64,000 nt of DNA from Selaginella moellendorffii. Taxonomy: Eukaryota; Plantae; Lycopodiophyta. The stretch spans positions 456,203 to 520,202 of the forward strand of contig NW_003314287.1 in NCBI RefSeq assembly GCF_000143415.4, in the 5' to 3' direction. The position numbers and the translations under genes are program-made. The notes beneath the pieces were generated by a model. It saw only the letters and a program-made list of their open reading frames with translations. It was not told the origin of the DNA and searched no databases. Below are positions 1 to 11,302 of this stretch, piece by piece (position 1 is the stretch's first letter; each line of letters begins with the position of its first letter).

Positions 1-437
1 ATCTCCTTGTCCCATCTCTGCTGCCTGAGTGCCATGAACATAGAACTCACGAACTTCCGCTGGAGAAGATAGAACTTGTCCATCCTCAAATGGTCTATCC
101 CGCCCCATTCTCTCCGCATTGTGCCCAAATACCCCTCAAAGAACTGGAGAGCTAATTCGCTCGGAAGGCGCTGTACAAGCGATGCGAGGCGCTCCGCAAG
201 ATCTGCCTGGACAATCGCCTTGTCTGCGTGCCAGTAGCAGTAGAAAAGCCCCTTCCAGATCTTCCTCAGGTCGGCTTCGTCCACGGAAGTCCGGCATTCC
301 AACCAGCTCGCCAGGAGCTCCACTGCGCGATCGCGTACCTTCTTGTCGACCGATGCCAGGCGCCGTGGAAGACCGCCGGATTGGATTTCCAGCTCGCCGC
401 CTGCCGCCAAGGGCTTGCTCTTGTTCTTCGCGACCAT
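1..437 (-). CDS. RRP1: Ribosomal RNA processing protein 1 / Nop52-family nucleolar protein, N-terminal part (runs off left edge)
   Basis: Manual translation from the ATG at 437 gives MVAKNKSKP...LRKIWKGLFYCYWHADK...TMRREWGGIDHLRMDKFYLL, which are Nop52-domain motifs. The frame is open to the window edge and is absent from the ORF track. Confidence 0.85.
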   Translation of the reverse strand, partial: MVAKNKSKPLAAGGELEIQSGGLPRRLASVDKKVRDRAVELLASWLECRTSVDEADLRKIWKGLFYCYWHADKAIVQADLAERLASLVQRLPSELALQFFEGYLGTMRREWGGIDHLRMDKFYLLQRKFVSSMFMALRQQRWDKE

Positions 438-600
438 CGCTACGCCGCAACTCTCTGCGAAGAACCCTAAACCTTGAAATCAAAATAGACGGTGCCGTCA
501 ATAACGTTCAAAAGTCGGTATATTCTGCTAACATTGTAAATGCCGACTAAACGAATGGTGGCAAATGTATGCTTTAGTTAAGCCAGTGGTTTTCTAAGGC

Positions 601-609
601 TAGGGTTTT
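601..609 (-). promoter_or_regulatory. Telo-box (AAACCCTA) in the short divergent promoter between RRP1 and DiT2
   Basis: TAGGGTTTT at 601-609, with a GGGCC site-II-like motif next to it. Telo-boxes are typical of plant ribosome-biogenesis gene promoters. Confidence 0.4.
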
Positions 610-725
610 CGGGGCCTCCATTCAACGATCAAGCGATGGCGTCCTCCTGGCTAATCTGATCGTCCAATCGCCCAAGAATTCCCAGGCAGCTGGAAATCTT
701 GAAGCGCTGGTAAGGAAATCTCGGG

Positions 726-2615
726 ATGGACAGGGCATTGGCGATGGAAACGCTAGCTCCGGGCGCTCGATTGACGCACTGGCGGAACTCCGCAGTTTCT
801 CCAGTCAGATTTCCATCCCGGAAAGCCGCATTTGGCATCGGATTGCGCGCTGGATTGAGCTGCTCGCCGCCGCGCCAGGTCGGATTCATCTCGAGGGATT
901 CCTCGTCCTCCAGGAAAATCTCGTGCTCGTCGGCTCCAGAGCCGTCGACGCCGGCAACAGTGATCGAGGCGGACGATCCGAAATCTCTGAAAAAGCCGCT
1001 GGAGGGTGCCAAGCCTTTGCCACTGGCGATCTCGGTCAGTGTGGGGCTGATTTTGAGATTCCTGGTTCCAAAGCCCGCGGCAGTGTCGGCTCAAGCCTGG
1101 CAGCTCCTATCGATCTTCTTATCGACGATCACGGGTCTCGTTCTCAGTCCACTGCCGGTTGGAGCTTGGGCCTTCGTAGGATTGACAACAACAGTGCTCA
1201 CACGGACACTATCTTTCGCGTCGGCTTTCAGCGCCTTCACAAACGATGTCATCTGGCTCATCGTCATCTCCTTTTTCTTCGCGAGAGGATTCGTGAAAAC
1301 CGGCCTGGGTGATAGAATTGCCACGTACTTCGTGAAGTGGCTGGGGAAAAGCACACTGGGACTTTCTTATGGGCTTACTGTGAGCGAAGCGCTCATAGCA
1401 CCAGCGATGCCGAGCACGACCGCACGAGCGGGGGGAGTGTTCTTGCCGATCATCAACTCACTCTCTCTTTCGGCTGGGAGCCGTCCAAACGATAAATCGT
1501 CGTCAAAGCTTGGAGCGTACCTCGTCCAGACTCAATTCCAGGTTTGGTTTCCAACTTTTACGTGATATGTTGGTTTTAAAAGTGTTGGTGGCGCGAAATG
1601 CAGGCTGCTGGAAACTCGAGCGCTCTCTTTTTGACTGCTGCGGCACAGAATCTATTGTGCCTGAAGCTGGCAGAGGAGCTGGGCGTTATCGTGGCGAATC
1701 CATGGGTGACATGGCTTAAAGTGGCGATCGTCCCGGCCGCTTTATCGCTACTCTCAACCCCGTTGCTCCTCTACAAGCTGTATCCTCCCGAGATCAAAGA
1801 CACTCCTGAAGCTCCTGCAATGGCTGAAAAGAAGCTGCAGCAAATGGGGCCTGTGACTAAGAGCGAGTGGGTGATGGTTTCGACGATGCTCCTCGCTGTT
1901 ACTCTGTGGGTTTTGGGGTAAGTTATGGTTTCATCCAGTAATTTGCGATGTCTTACTGGTGATTTTTTTTCTCGCAGAGATAAACTTGGAGTTCCAAGTG
2001 TTGTGGCAGCTATGCTCGGCTTGTCAATATTACTGGTTCTTGGCGTCCTCAATTGGGATGACTGCCTGAGCGAGAAATCAGCCTGGGATACTCTTGCGTG
2101 GTTTGCAGTACTTGTTGGTATGGCCAGCCAGCTTACCAGCTTGGGACTCGTAAAGTGGATGTCCGACTCCGTCGCTAAAGTCCTGGCCTCGTTTTCTCTC
2201 AGCTGGCCTGCTGCATTCGGCGTTCTCCAGGGTTCATACTTTTTGATTCACTACCTCTTTGCGAGCCAAACCGGTCACGTCGGTGCACTCTACTCGGCCT
2301 TCCTAGCCATGCACCTCGCAGCTGGTGTTCCTGGCGTGCTGTCAGCGCTGGCTTTGGCCTACAACACAAATCTCTTTGGTGCGCTCACGCACTACAGCAG
2401 TGGTCAGGCAGCTGTTTATTACGGAGGTAACTTTGTCATTCCAAAACAAGTGTTTCGTTCTAAACTTAACTTGTTCCTGTCTTCGTTCTTGACTTTCAGC
2501 TGGATACGTTGAATTGCGGGACATTTTTAAATACGGGGCCATTGTAGCCCTGTGGAACGGCATTGTTTGGACCGTAAGTGGAGCAATATGGTGGAAGATC
2601 TTGGGTCTCTACTGA
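726..2615 (+). CDS. DiT2: Plastid dicarboxylate (glutamate/malate) translocator DiT2, 4 exons: 726-1541, 1604-1917, 1978-2426, 2500-2615
   Basis: Transit-peptide-like N-terminus; motifs PAMPSTTARAGG, AGNSSALFLTAAAQNLLCLKLAEELG (DiT2-type rather than DiT1) and HYLFASQTGHVGALY; ends WWKILGLY*. GT-AG introns join the exons in frame. Confidence 0.92.
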
Positions 2616-3070
2616 GGCAAGTTGAGCTTCTTCCACTTTTTGAAGTTCTCTGTCTGGTCACTCATGACATTCTTGGGAATAAGTACGAAACGGCGTGAAT
2701 GCGCAACTCGAAGTTTCTGTTTTCTATCATTTTGCTCGTTCTTTGCATCGGCTGGGAATGATGACAGGTCTCGAGACAGGTAGCAGGATGGAATAAAACG
2801 CAATCTCGCAACCCCAGCACAGGTCTACTAAAGTGTCTCGTTCTTCTTTTTATTTCTTTTCTACATGACTTCCCATGTTGTATTGCTGCAGTGCCATATA
2901 GTGGAGCATGATACCACATTGTGGGTGACGTGAGTGAGGTAAACTAAACTACTGTTCAAAGCTTTCGTATTAAAGGACTGGCAGCAGCGGTAAAAGATTA
3001 TTCGTTTCCGAGCTTATCATTGGTTACAGGCTCAACCAAGGACTGCTCAACTTCAAGGGCGATTTGTTTT

Positions 3071-4421
3071 TCAGGTGAGACCCCTCTTCCCGGCTTCTTG
3101 GAGCATGGGAGCGTAAGTCGTAAACCAGGTATGCATGATGGCCGGCTTGGTGACCGTGTTGCTCGCATCCACGACTAAGTTGTGTCCACTCACATACCCA
3201 GACTCGTCGCCGGCGAGGAAGAGCGCGGCGTTGGCGATGTCCAAGGCGCAGAGCGGGCGGTTTGGAAGCAGCGAGTTCTTCTTCACAATCTCCACGACCT
3301 TCTCCGCCGTCACAGGTAAGTCTCCCATGGTTTCCAGCGCGGTGCTCAAGAACTTTGTTGGTATGGCGTCGGGGGATATCACGTTTACGCGGATGCCAAA
3401 CTCTCGCAGCTCCACGGCACTGGACCGGACGAGGCCAATAACTCCAGCCTTGCACATCGCGTAGGCGTGAGGCGAGAGGCCCCCGACTATCCCGGCCACG
3501 CTGCCCGTGAGGATGATCGAGCCGGCGGCGCGAGGCTTCATGACGCGAGCGGCGTGCTTGAGCGCCAGGAAGTGGCCCCGGAGGTTGACGTGCATGGTGC
3601 GCTCCAGCTCGGCCACGTCCGTCTGATCCAACGGCCCCAGCGCGCCCAGGATGCCGGCGTTGCTGAAGACAACGTCTACGTGTCCGGCAATGGAGTGGGC
3701 CACGTCCAAGGCGGCGGCCACGTCCGGCTCCGCGGTGACGTCGCAGTGGACGTAGCGAGCAGCGGTCGGGGAGGAGAAGTCCCGCTGGAGCTCCCGCGCG
3801 AGGTGGCTGCCGAGCTCGTCCTGGACGTCGGCTATGACGACTTGAGCGCCGTGCGCGACGAAGTGGCGGACGGTGGCGTCGCCGATACCGTTTGCTCCAC
3901 CGGTGATGATTGCCACTTTGCCGAGTAATCTAGATAACGCAGAGAAGGAAACGGAGAGATATCAGCCAGGGAGACGCGGGGTAACAAAAGGCAAACAAAA
4001 ACTCGGAACAAAGCAACAGCTGTCGAGAGCGGAAGAAATTTGCCAGGACAGGTTCGTTGCTGAGACAAAACACTCTGCTGGAGGTGGTGTGGTGCGCATT
4101 CTTTAACCGAGAATGGGAGGAAGGTATGGTTTTTTTTTTTTTTGGGCAATCAGCTGATGATGATCCTATCTTTCAAGGCACGTTTTTCTTCAGCAGTTTG
4201 TGGTTTTTGAGTTTTTTTCTGTGCTTGTATGGATAGATTACTGACCTCTGCTTTTGTGTTGATGTTGCCAGGGAGCGGATGATTTGGAAGATCCTGTCCT
4301 TGCTCGCCACGCCTCGTCTGCCAGCTCCATTCCTACGACCAAGGCTTCTCCTCAGTCCGGAAACACAGAGCTCAAAGTGCAAGTGCAAGGCCGTGTGTAC
4401 TCACCAGCTGCTGCGAATCAT
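3071..4421 (-). CDS. Short-chain dehydrogenase/reductase (ABA2/Tasselseed2-like); proposed exons 4421-4405, 4350-4246, 3929-3071
   Basis: TGGANGIG, NAG and YAMCK motifs. Splicing gives MIRSSWRSLGRR...IIRSLATSTQKQRLLGKVAIITGG (981 nt, in frame). The Arg/Ser-rich leader looks like a mitochondrial presequence. The first two exons are less certain. Confidence 0.85.
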
Positions 4422-5767
4422 CGTTGAACACAAGGAAGTGCTCCTAGAGGAAAGAAGGAAAGGGAAGGTTTGCTGGGAGTCAGGAGCAGAGCGAGGGATT
4501 TTAAATGGAGGGCGACGAAGGAGGATTTTGGTGGAGAGAGGAGCTCGGAAACGACCAAATCGGGCCTTTTCTGGACAGCACAGGCAGCCGAGCAAGAGAT
4601 AAATATGGGCGGAGAAAGACGACGGCGAAGACTACCGCAAGCAGCAAGATCGAGCACGAACAATCAAGTTGATGTCCGCTGGCAGGGTCTTGGATTGATC
4701 GTCGAGATTGTTCTCGGAAACTGGCACTAGGTACTCACTGAGAGCGAAAAGAAGCGCAAGGTACTCCACAACAGCTCAAGCTTATGCTAGGTACGGTCCG
4801 AAAGCTTGTTTTCCTTCTGTCTTTATTCCTTGCGTTGCCGCTTGTGCCTCCTATCTTACAGAAGTTCCGCGTGACAGGCGGAATTCGCACAGTACTGTTG
4901 TGCTGCTGGTCCCGCTTCCATTCGTCGCTAAGCTGCCATTTGATCAAACCCGACTAGCTCAGAGGAAAAGCCAGGGGATGGGGTCCCGGAGTGGCCTTCT
5001 TCCGCTGCTTCGCGATTTGATCCAGAGAAGGAGAGGAAGAGGAGATGGATAGAGGACGTTGCGACTTGGAAGCTGAGGAAAGATGACGATGACGATGGCG
5101 AAAGAGTGGATTCCCTTTCGCCAAGGCGAGAGGCTACGGAAAAGGAGGAATCGCGAGTGGAGCTCTAGGTAGATTAAAAAAATTCAATTGCGCGACATGT
5201 CTCGATCGCTCGGCCATGACGGAAGCCGTGCCAAAATACCTGGAATGTAGCCAGTTTTTGGAAATCCCCGGCTCTCAAAGTCAGCCACGGGAGGAAAGTC
5301 AGTGTGCGTTTGGACCGAATTTCCCCCCATTGCCTAAATTTGCCCCACTTTCTATTTCCCGTTACGAGAGAAAAACAGTTTAAAAAATAAATAAATATGC
5401 ACTTTAGGAATATGCCTACGGCTGTAAGGCATATTCCTTTGAGAATATACTAAGGTATATTCCCGAAGGAATATGCGTGGGAAAATTTTAAAACAGGAAG
5501 AACAATTGTCGTCTCCAAGCACAGGAAATCTCACACCTATACAATCAAAAACAAAAGAGCATAACTTAAAAGCAGTTCCTGTGGAGATGGAAGAAAACAA
5601 AGAAGACCAAAGAGAGAGGAAAAAAAGGAGAGGGGAGCGGCAACGAACCTCACCCTCTCTCAATCGATCGATCGATCGATCGATCGATCTCGACGCGCGG
5701 GCGAGGGGAGAAGAAGCAAAACTTTCGCCACCAAAGAGAGAGAAATGCATCGTCGTCTCCTCGTCTC

Positions 5768-8700
5768 TCAGCGAGCGTCCTCGGAAGTAAAAGTCTCGGC
5801 GAAGCCCGACGGCCGCGGCGGGAGGCTCGACTGCGTGTCGCTCCACACCGCCGCCGCTCCGCCGCCACCGCCGCCGCTGTCCAGCTCCTGCCACCGCTTC
5901 ACCGCCTGGGGCAGCGGCACGTCCAGGTCGATCCCGCCGCTCTCGTCCTCGTAGTCCACCGGCTTCCAGTGCTCCACCAGCGGCGAGAGGACGTTCACGG
6001 CGTGGCCCATGTCCGGCCGCTGGTATGGCTCCCTCGCGGTGCAGTGGCCGGCGAGCTCCGCCACCACGCTGATGCTCGCGAAGTTGTCGTCGGACTCGAT
6101 GGCCGGGTCGATGAGCTTACGGACTCCCTCTTTGTTGGCGGTGGATCGCCGGAACCACGTTACCAGATGCATGTTTTCTTCCGCCTGCGTCTCGTCCAGC
6201 GCCCGCCGCCCCGTTATCAGCTCCATGAGCACCACCCCGAAGCTAAAGACGTCGGCCTTGGTGGTCACGCGTCCGGTAACTGCGAGAGTACGTTAATAAC
6301 GAACAAACCATGCAGCGTTTTCTCGCAAAATCCTCTGCCGGATCGAGCACGAAAACGAGAATTCCACACGCGCGCAGTAGCAGCAGCAGCCAGGCAGGCA
6401 CGGCAGCGAACAGACAGCATAAAAGTAAAGAAGCACACAGCCCAAGCAAGCAGGGGAAAACAGCTGGAAACAGAAGCATTTAAGCATAAAAAAGAAAGCA
6501 AAAACTCTTCTGTGACACCCAGACAAAACCGCACGACCAGCCAATGTGCCAAAAGTAAAGAAAGGAATGAAAAGAAGAGGAATACCAACCTGCATACTCG
6601 GGAGCCAAGTATCCAAACGTTCCGGCCAGCCGCGTCTCCACCGAGTACTTCCCCTCGGGTGCCAGCTTCACGAGGCCAAAGTCCGAGACCTTGGCCCGGA
6701 GGTCGTCCCCGAGAAGGATGTTGGACGGCTTCAAGTCCCTGTGGATGAAGCTCCTGTGCGCCAGGCCATGGAGGTACTCCATGCCGCGAGCCACGTCCAG
6801 CGCCACGGACAGCCTTTGCTTCCAGTCCAGCGGCGGATAGCCGCACTTGGCAGCCTCGAACAGGTGCTGGCTCAGCGTCCCCTGCGGCATGAACTCGTAC
6901 ACCAGCATCTTCTCGTTGCCTTCGATGCAGTAGCCGAGCAGCGCCACCAAGTGGCGGTGGCGGACCTTGGTCAGAACCGCGATCTCGGCCTGGAACTCGC
7001 CCAGGCCTTTGTTGCTGACGACGCAGTTGGATTCCATCCGCTTCACCGCTATGGCCGTGCCGTCGTCCAGGACTCCCTTGTACACGACTCCGAATCCCCC
7101 ACGGCCTAGGATAGTCGCCTCGCTGAAGTTTTTGGTGGCCTCTCGCAGGACGTGGATGGAGATGACGAGATTCCCGGCCTCCACAACTTGAACGTGATCG
7201 CTGGGCCCGCTGTTGGCCCGGCTCTGGGTGTCGCTGTTGTCACTGGTGATCATGTTGTTGTTCACCACGATTTTTACCACCTCTGGATCGTCTGAGGAGT
7301 TGTCTGTCCGAGGATGGACAACCACCGTGTTGGATCCCTGTAGCCTCAAGAACTTACGTCCCTTCTTCTTGTAAACCAGCAAGCAGATCCCAAACAAAAC
7401 GAGCAGCAGTGCCACTAGCCCGACCACAACTCCCACGATGGGACCTGCATTCACTCTTTTCGATCGAGTGGTAGCAGTAGCCTGTCCATCCGGCGTCGCA
7501 GCTGGTCCCCCAGAAGTCCCCCCCGGCGGAGAAGTCCCTGGAGACGCGGCGGGTGTGAGAGGATTGCCAGCGATGTTGAGCTTCACCGAGGACGGAAAAG
7601 CTGGCACTGGCGCCGAGAAGAGGTTGTTGCTCAAGTCCACGGACTGCAGCGAAGGTAGCTTCGCCAGGGACTCTGGAATGAGACCTTCCAGCTTGTTGTC
7701 GCTGAGCCTGAGAGTCGTGAGCGTCGTCAAGTTCCCGAGAGCAGCTGAGAGCGTGCCGTTGAGTTGGCTGCTTGCCAGATTGATAACCGTGACATTCGAA
7801 GTCGTCCCGGGGGTCGAGCCGCAGGAGATTCCCAGCCAAGCACTGCCGCTGCTGCCGTTGCTACCAGAAGTTCCACAAGGATCATTCCCGATCCACGACG
7901 ATGTGAGCGAGTCGGGGTAGCCAACGCCAGCGAGAAAGTGCAAGAGCGCTGTCACGTCTCGTGCGCAAGCCTCTCCAGGACTGCTCTTGCAAAAGTTGTT
8001 CCGCGCGTACTCGAAGCCGACGGTGTCCTTGAAAACCGGAATCTCCCCCACGAGCAAGTTGTTCTTGACCGTGAAGTTCTTGAGCGCCGGGAGATTCGCG
8101 AGCGAAGGAGGAATGGTTCCCGTCAGCTGGTTGTCGTTGAGCTTGAGCTCTTGGAGTGACAGCGCCTCCCCGAGACCATCCGGAATGGAACCGCTGAATC
8201 GGTTCACGTGAAGCCACAGAACTCGCAGCGATTGCATCGTTCCCACGACCGTGATCGGCCCACTGAGCACCGGATTCTGCTGGTTGTTTGCCCGAAACTC
8301 CGCCAAATTCGAGGACCCAAAGCTCGAAGGAATGCCCCCAGAGATCCTGTTGTAGGCGACGTTGAGCACCTTCAAGCTCTCCATCTGTCCCAAAAAACCT
8401 GGAATGCTTCCTCCCAAGCTCGTGTTGGTGATCGAGAGCGTGGAGAGCAGCGAAGAGTTCTGGATCTCTGCCGGAAGCATCCATCCCCCGGATGACTTGT
8501 TGAGAGGATTGTCGTCGAGGTAGATCTCCGTGAGCGCGCTGAGCCCAGTGAAGAAATCGCCAGGGATGGTGTCGAAAGAGTTCCCGGAAAGGAGCGCCGT
8601 TTGGAGCTGCGAGAGCCCACTAAGCGATGGTAGCGATCCTGTGAACCCATTCCCCTGGAGCTGGAGGTTCTCGAGATTCTTGAGCTTGTTGAGGTCGGGT

Positions 8701-8957
8701 GCCACGGTTCCACCCAGCGCCAGCCCTGCTACCTGGAGCGCCGATATGCTCGAGCCCTGGCATTTGATGTGCTTCCAGTTGCTCCCACAGGGATCGCTCC
8801 CAGTCCACGAATCCAGTAGCGCCGGATTCTTGACGCCCTTGAGGAAGTTCTGGAGGACCTGGAGCTCTGCCGAATCGGTCTGCGCCAGCGCCATGGCGAG
8901 AACCGATGCCACCAGGAGTAGCAGCAATGCCGCTGGATGCTTCTTCTTGAGCTTCAT
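5768..8957 (-). CDS. TMK: TMK-type LRR receptor-like kinase, exons 8957-6590 and 6279-5768
   Basis: Signal peptide, two LRR blocks separated by a Cys-containing non-LRR island, a TM helix, the [14 protein letters not shown] juxtamembrane motif, and kinase motifs [17 protein letters not shown]. The single intron joins [16 protein letters not shown] (2880 nt). Confidence 0.93.
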
Positions 8958-9077
8958 TCTGGGCGAAAGAAATACGATCGACTCAAGAACACGAAAAGAG
9001 GGCGCTTGGATGTATCAATGCTGCCATACCTGGCTGGGAAGAGACCTCAAAGATCGATCGCGCGAGCGCGCAGCCCC

Positions 9078-9241
9078 GAAATATCACGAATCCAAGCCAC
9101 GACACGCGTCAATCGAAGAACACCGAGCCGAAATATTCGTACCCCGGCTGTGACGAAGAAGCGAAATACCACGAATCCAAGCCGCGACACTGCGGTATCG
9201 AGCGTCAATCGAAGAACATCGAGCGAAAAATCCGTACCTCG
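9078..9241. repeat. Imperfect direct duplication (about 70-80 bp) upstream of the TMK start
   Basis: CGAAATA-CACGAATCCAAGCC-CGACAC...GCGTCAATCGAAGAACA-CGAGC occurs at 9078 and at 9162. Confidence 0.7.
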
Positions 9242-9939
9242 CGAGCGTTCCACGCCTTAGATCGCCGCCAACACGCCGAGCTCCAGCGCCGCGCTTATGA
9301 TCGCTCTGGCGCGGAGCCGCCGCTGGCAATGCGGCCGGCTCGATCGATGGAAAAGAAAGAAAGATTAGGGAAAAAAGAAAGAGAGAAAAGAAAGCACAAA
9401 GAGCGTGCGGTGTTCTACACTAGTACACAACTGGCACGAACGCGGGATGGGATGAGAGAAGCGAAGAACACCAAAAAGAAAGATTGGCGATCGATGAGCT
9501 AGACTCCACTAGCGGCCAACATGAAAAAGACAAATCGCATGTTACTAGCAGTGACAAGGTCGGCGCTGCGCAGTGCTCGCTCGATTTCTTCGCCAATCCC
9601 TCCGAAAACCTCTGTTCTATTTTATCACCGATCGATCGATCGATCGCTTATGGCGCCGCGGCCATGGGGCAAAATAATCGATCGATCGAGCGAGCTATTT
9701 AATCGATCGCGCAGAGAGGGAGAGAAGAATGCGAGCGCCGCAAGAGGACAGAGCGATTGATCGTGCGCGCCAGCAAGACTGCTCGGTCAAAACCCTAGTC
9801 AAAGAGAGATGCTCGGGAATATGCGCCTCCACGGCCGTTTGAGGAGGTTTAAACTCGAGGATTGCCGGCTTTTATGGTACACACGACTCAAGCACGGCAG
9901 TCCATTTAATTCTCCACGGCAAGCCACAGCCGTGTTTCG

Positions 9940-10267
9940 TGAAGTTTGAGAGAAACTTTGATCGATTTTCGAGCTGGATCCTGGAACAAAGAGTGAAGAC
10001 GTGAGAGATTTCAAGGTTTTCCGTCCTAAACCATTAAGAAAAACATACCAAAACCAGAATTTGATAGTGTTCCAGCTCTCGAATCGTTTAGAATTTGATC
10101 GTGTTAATCATTTCTTCATACTTCACATGAAGTTTGAGAAAAACTTTGATCGATTTCGAGCTGGATGGATCCTGAAGCGAAGTAGAGACGAAGATTTGAA
10201 GATCTTTTCTGCTAAACCAGTAAGAAAAACATACCAGAACTAGAATGTGATCGTGCTCCAGCTCTCC
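9940..10267. repeat. Imperfect intergenic direct repeat of about 140 bp (9940-10080 and 10128-10267)
   Basis: TGAAGTTTGAGA-AAACTTTGATCGATTT...TAAACCA-TAAGAAAAACATACCA...TCCAGCTCTC is present twice. Confidence 0.75.
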
Positions 10268-10600
10268 CATCGTTTCTTTGGCGCCATACTTCACGGCAGT
10301 GATCGCGAAAGCACCTAAACATCTCTGATAGAAATTAATTTCATCGAGAAAAAGACACCAGGAACTTGAAACTTACGAGGATCGGTGTTGCAAGGACGAG
10401 CGCAGCTGCAAGAACAAACATGTCAGCAGCGACACAAAACCAAAAGAGAAAAGAAACAAAACAAAACAACGTGGAAAAACGTGATTCTCGAAAGAGAAAC
10501 AACTCGTACAGGATGAAAAAGCTGCGATACCAAGAGAAATTGTCACCGCTGGAGGAAGAAAAAATCGACAGGGACTTACAGAGTGATCGATCGATCGTTG

Positions 10601-11236
10601 TCACAGGAAGAAAATGACGAAGGCAATAAGAAAACCAGCGAGAACAGTGTACTTGAGGCCAGAGACTATAATCGCGGCGGTGACTAGAAGGAGTTGCCAG
10701 CTTATTTGTAGGACGGCCAGTCCCAGGAGGCCAGTGAGAACGAGCGCGAGCGCATTATCCACGCTTGGTTCCAAAAGTTCTCCCCATTTTATCTCCAAAT
10801 CCTCGAGCCCAGGCACATCGGCTTCTCTATCAATCGACCCAGTCAAGGAACCCCAAAATCCTTGGTAGCCTTCTTCCTCTTTCTTTACTTCTTCTTCTAC
10901 CTGTTCTTCACCGGGAGGCTCGTCCTGCCTGTTGGATTTCCAGAAGCTCGCGAAGAATCCAGAGCGATGTTTCCTTGTCTGGCCTGTTCTAGCCGGAGAT
11001 TTCGCTTCTTCTTCTTGTTCTTCCGATTCTTCTCCTTCTTCTTCGTCTTTATCGGAATCACCGTCTTCTCCCGCTCTAGCAACTAGACGATTACTGCGAA
11101 ATCGAGAAATTCCAGACCTGAGATTCACGCGCCGCGATTGCGCGCCCAACCGGAGGACCAGAGGAGCACTCGATGCGTCCTGCCGCGCGCGAAGAAAGCC
11201 GCTTGGAAGAGGAGCTCGGGCAAGCCCTACATTCAT
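10601..11236 (-). CDS. Uncharacterised plastid-targeted membrane protein (211 aa)
   Basis: Arg/Ser-rich transit peptide ending RLVARA, an acidic linker, and a C-terminal hydrophobic hairpin (WGELLEP..DN..LTGLL...WQL...LKY) resembling a conserved plant protein of unknown function. Confidence 0.75.
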   Translation of the reverse strand: MNVGLARAPLPSGFLRARQDASSAPLVLRLGAQSRRVNLRSGISRFRSNRLVARAGEDGDSDKDEEEGEESEEQEEEAKSPARTGQTRKHRSGFFASFWKSNRQDEPPGEEQVEEEVKKEEEGYQGFWGSLTGSIDREADVPGLEDLEIKWGELLEPSVDNALALVLTGLLGLAVLQISWQLLLVTAAIIVSGLKYTVLAGFLIAFVIFFL

Positions 11237-11302
11237 CCTATTCCAGTAGATTTAGGGCTTATGGATAATTTGGAGGGAAAGAGTAAGTGAAATCTAGGGC
11301 TT

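Noticed and set aside
4470-5350. Short ORFs and splice-like signals between SDR and TMK
   Set aside because: I could not assemble a coherent protein on either strand; it may be UTR or non-coding transcript.
5662-5690. (ATCG)n runs here and at about 9628-9690
   Set aside because: Simple microsatellites with no further structure.
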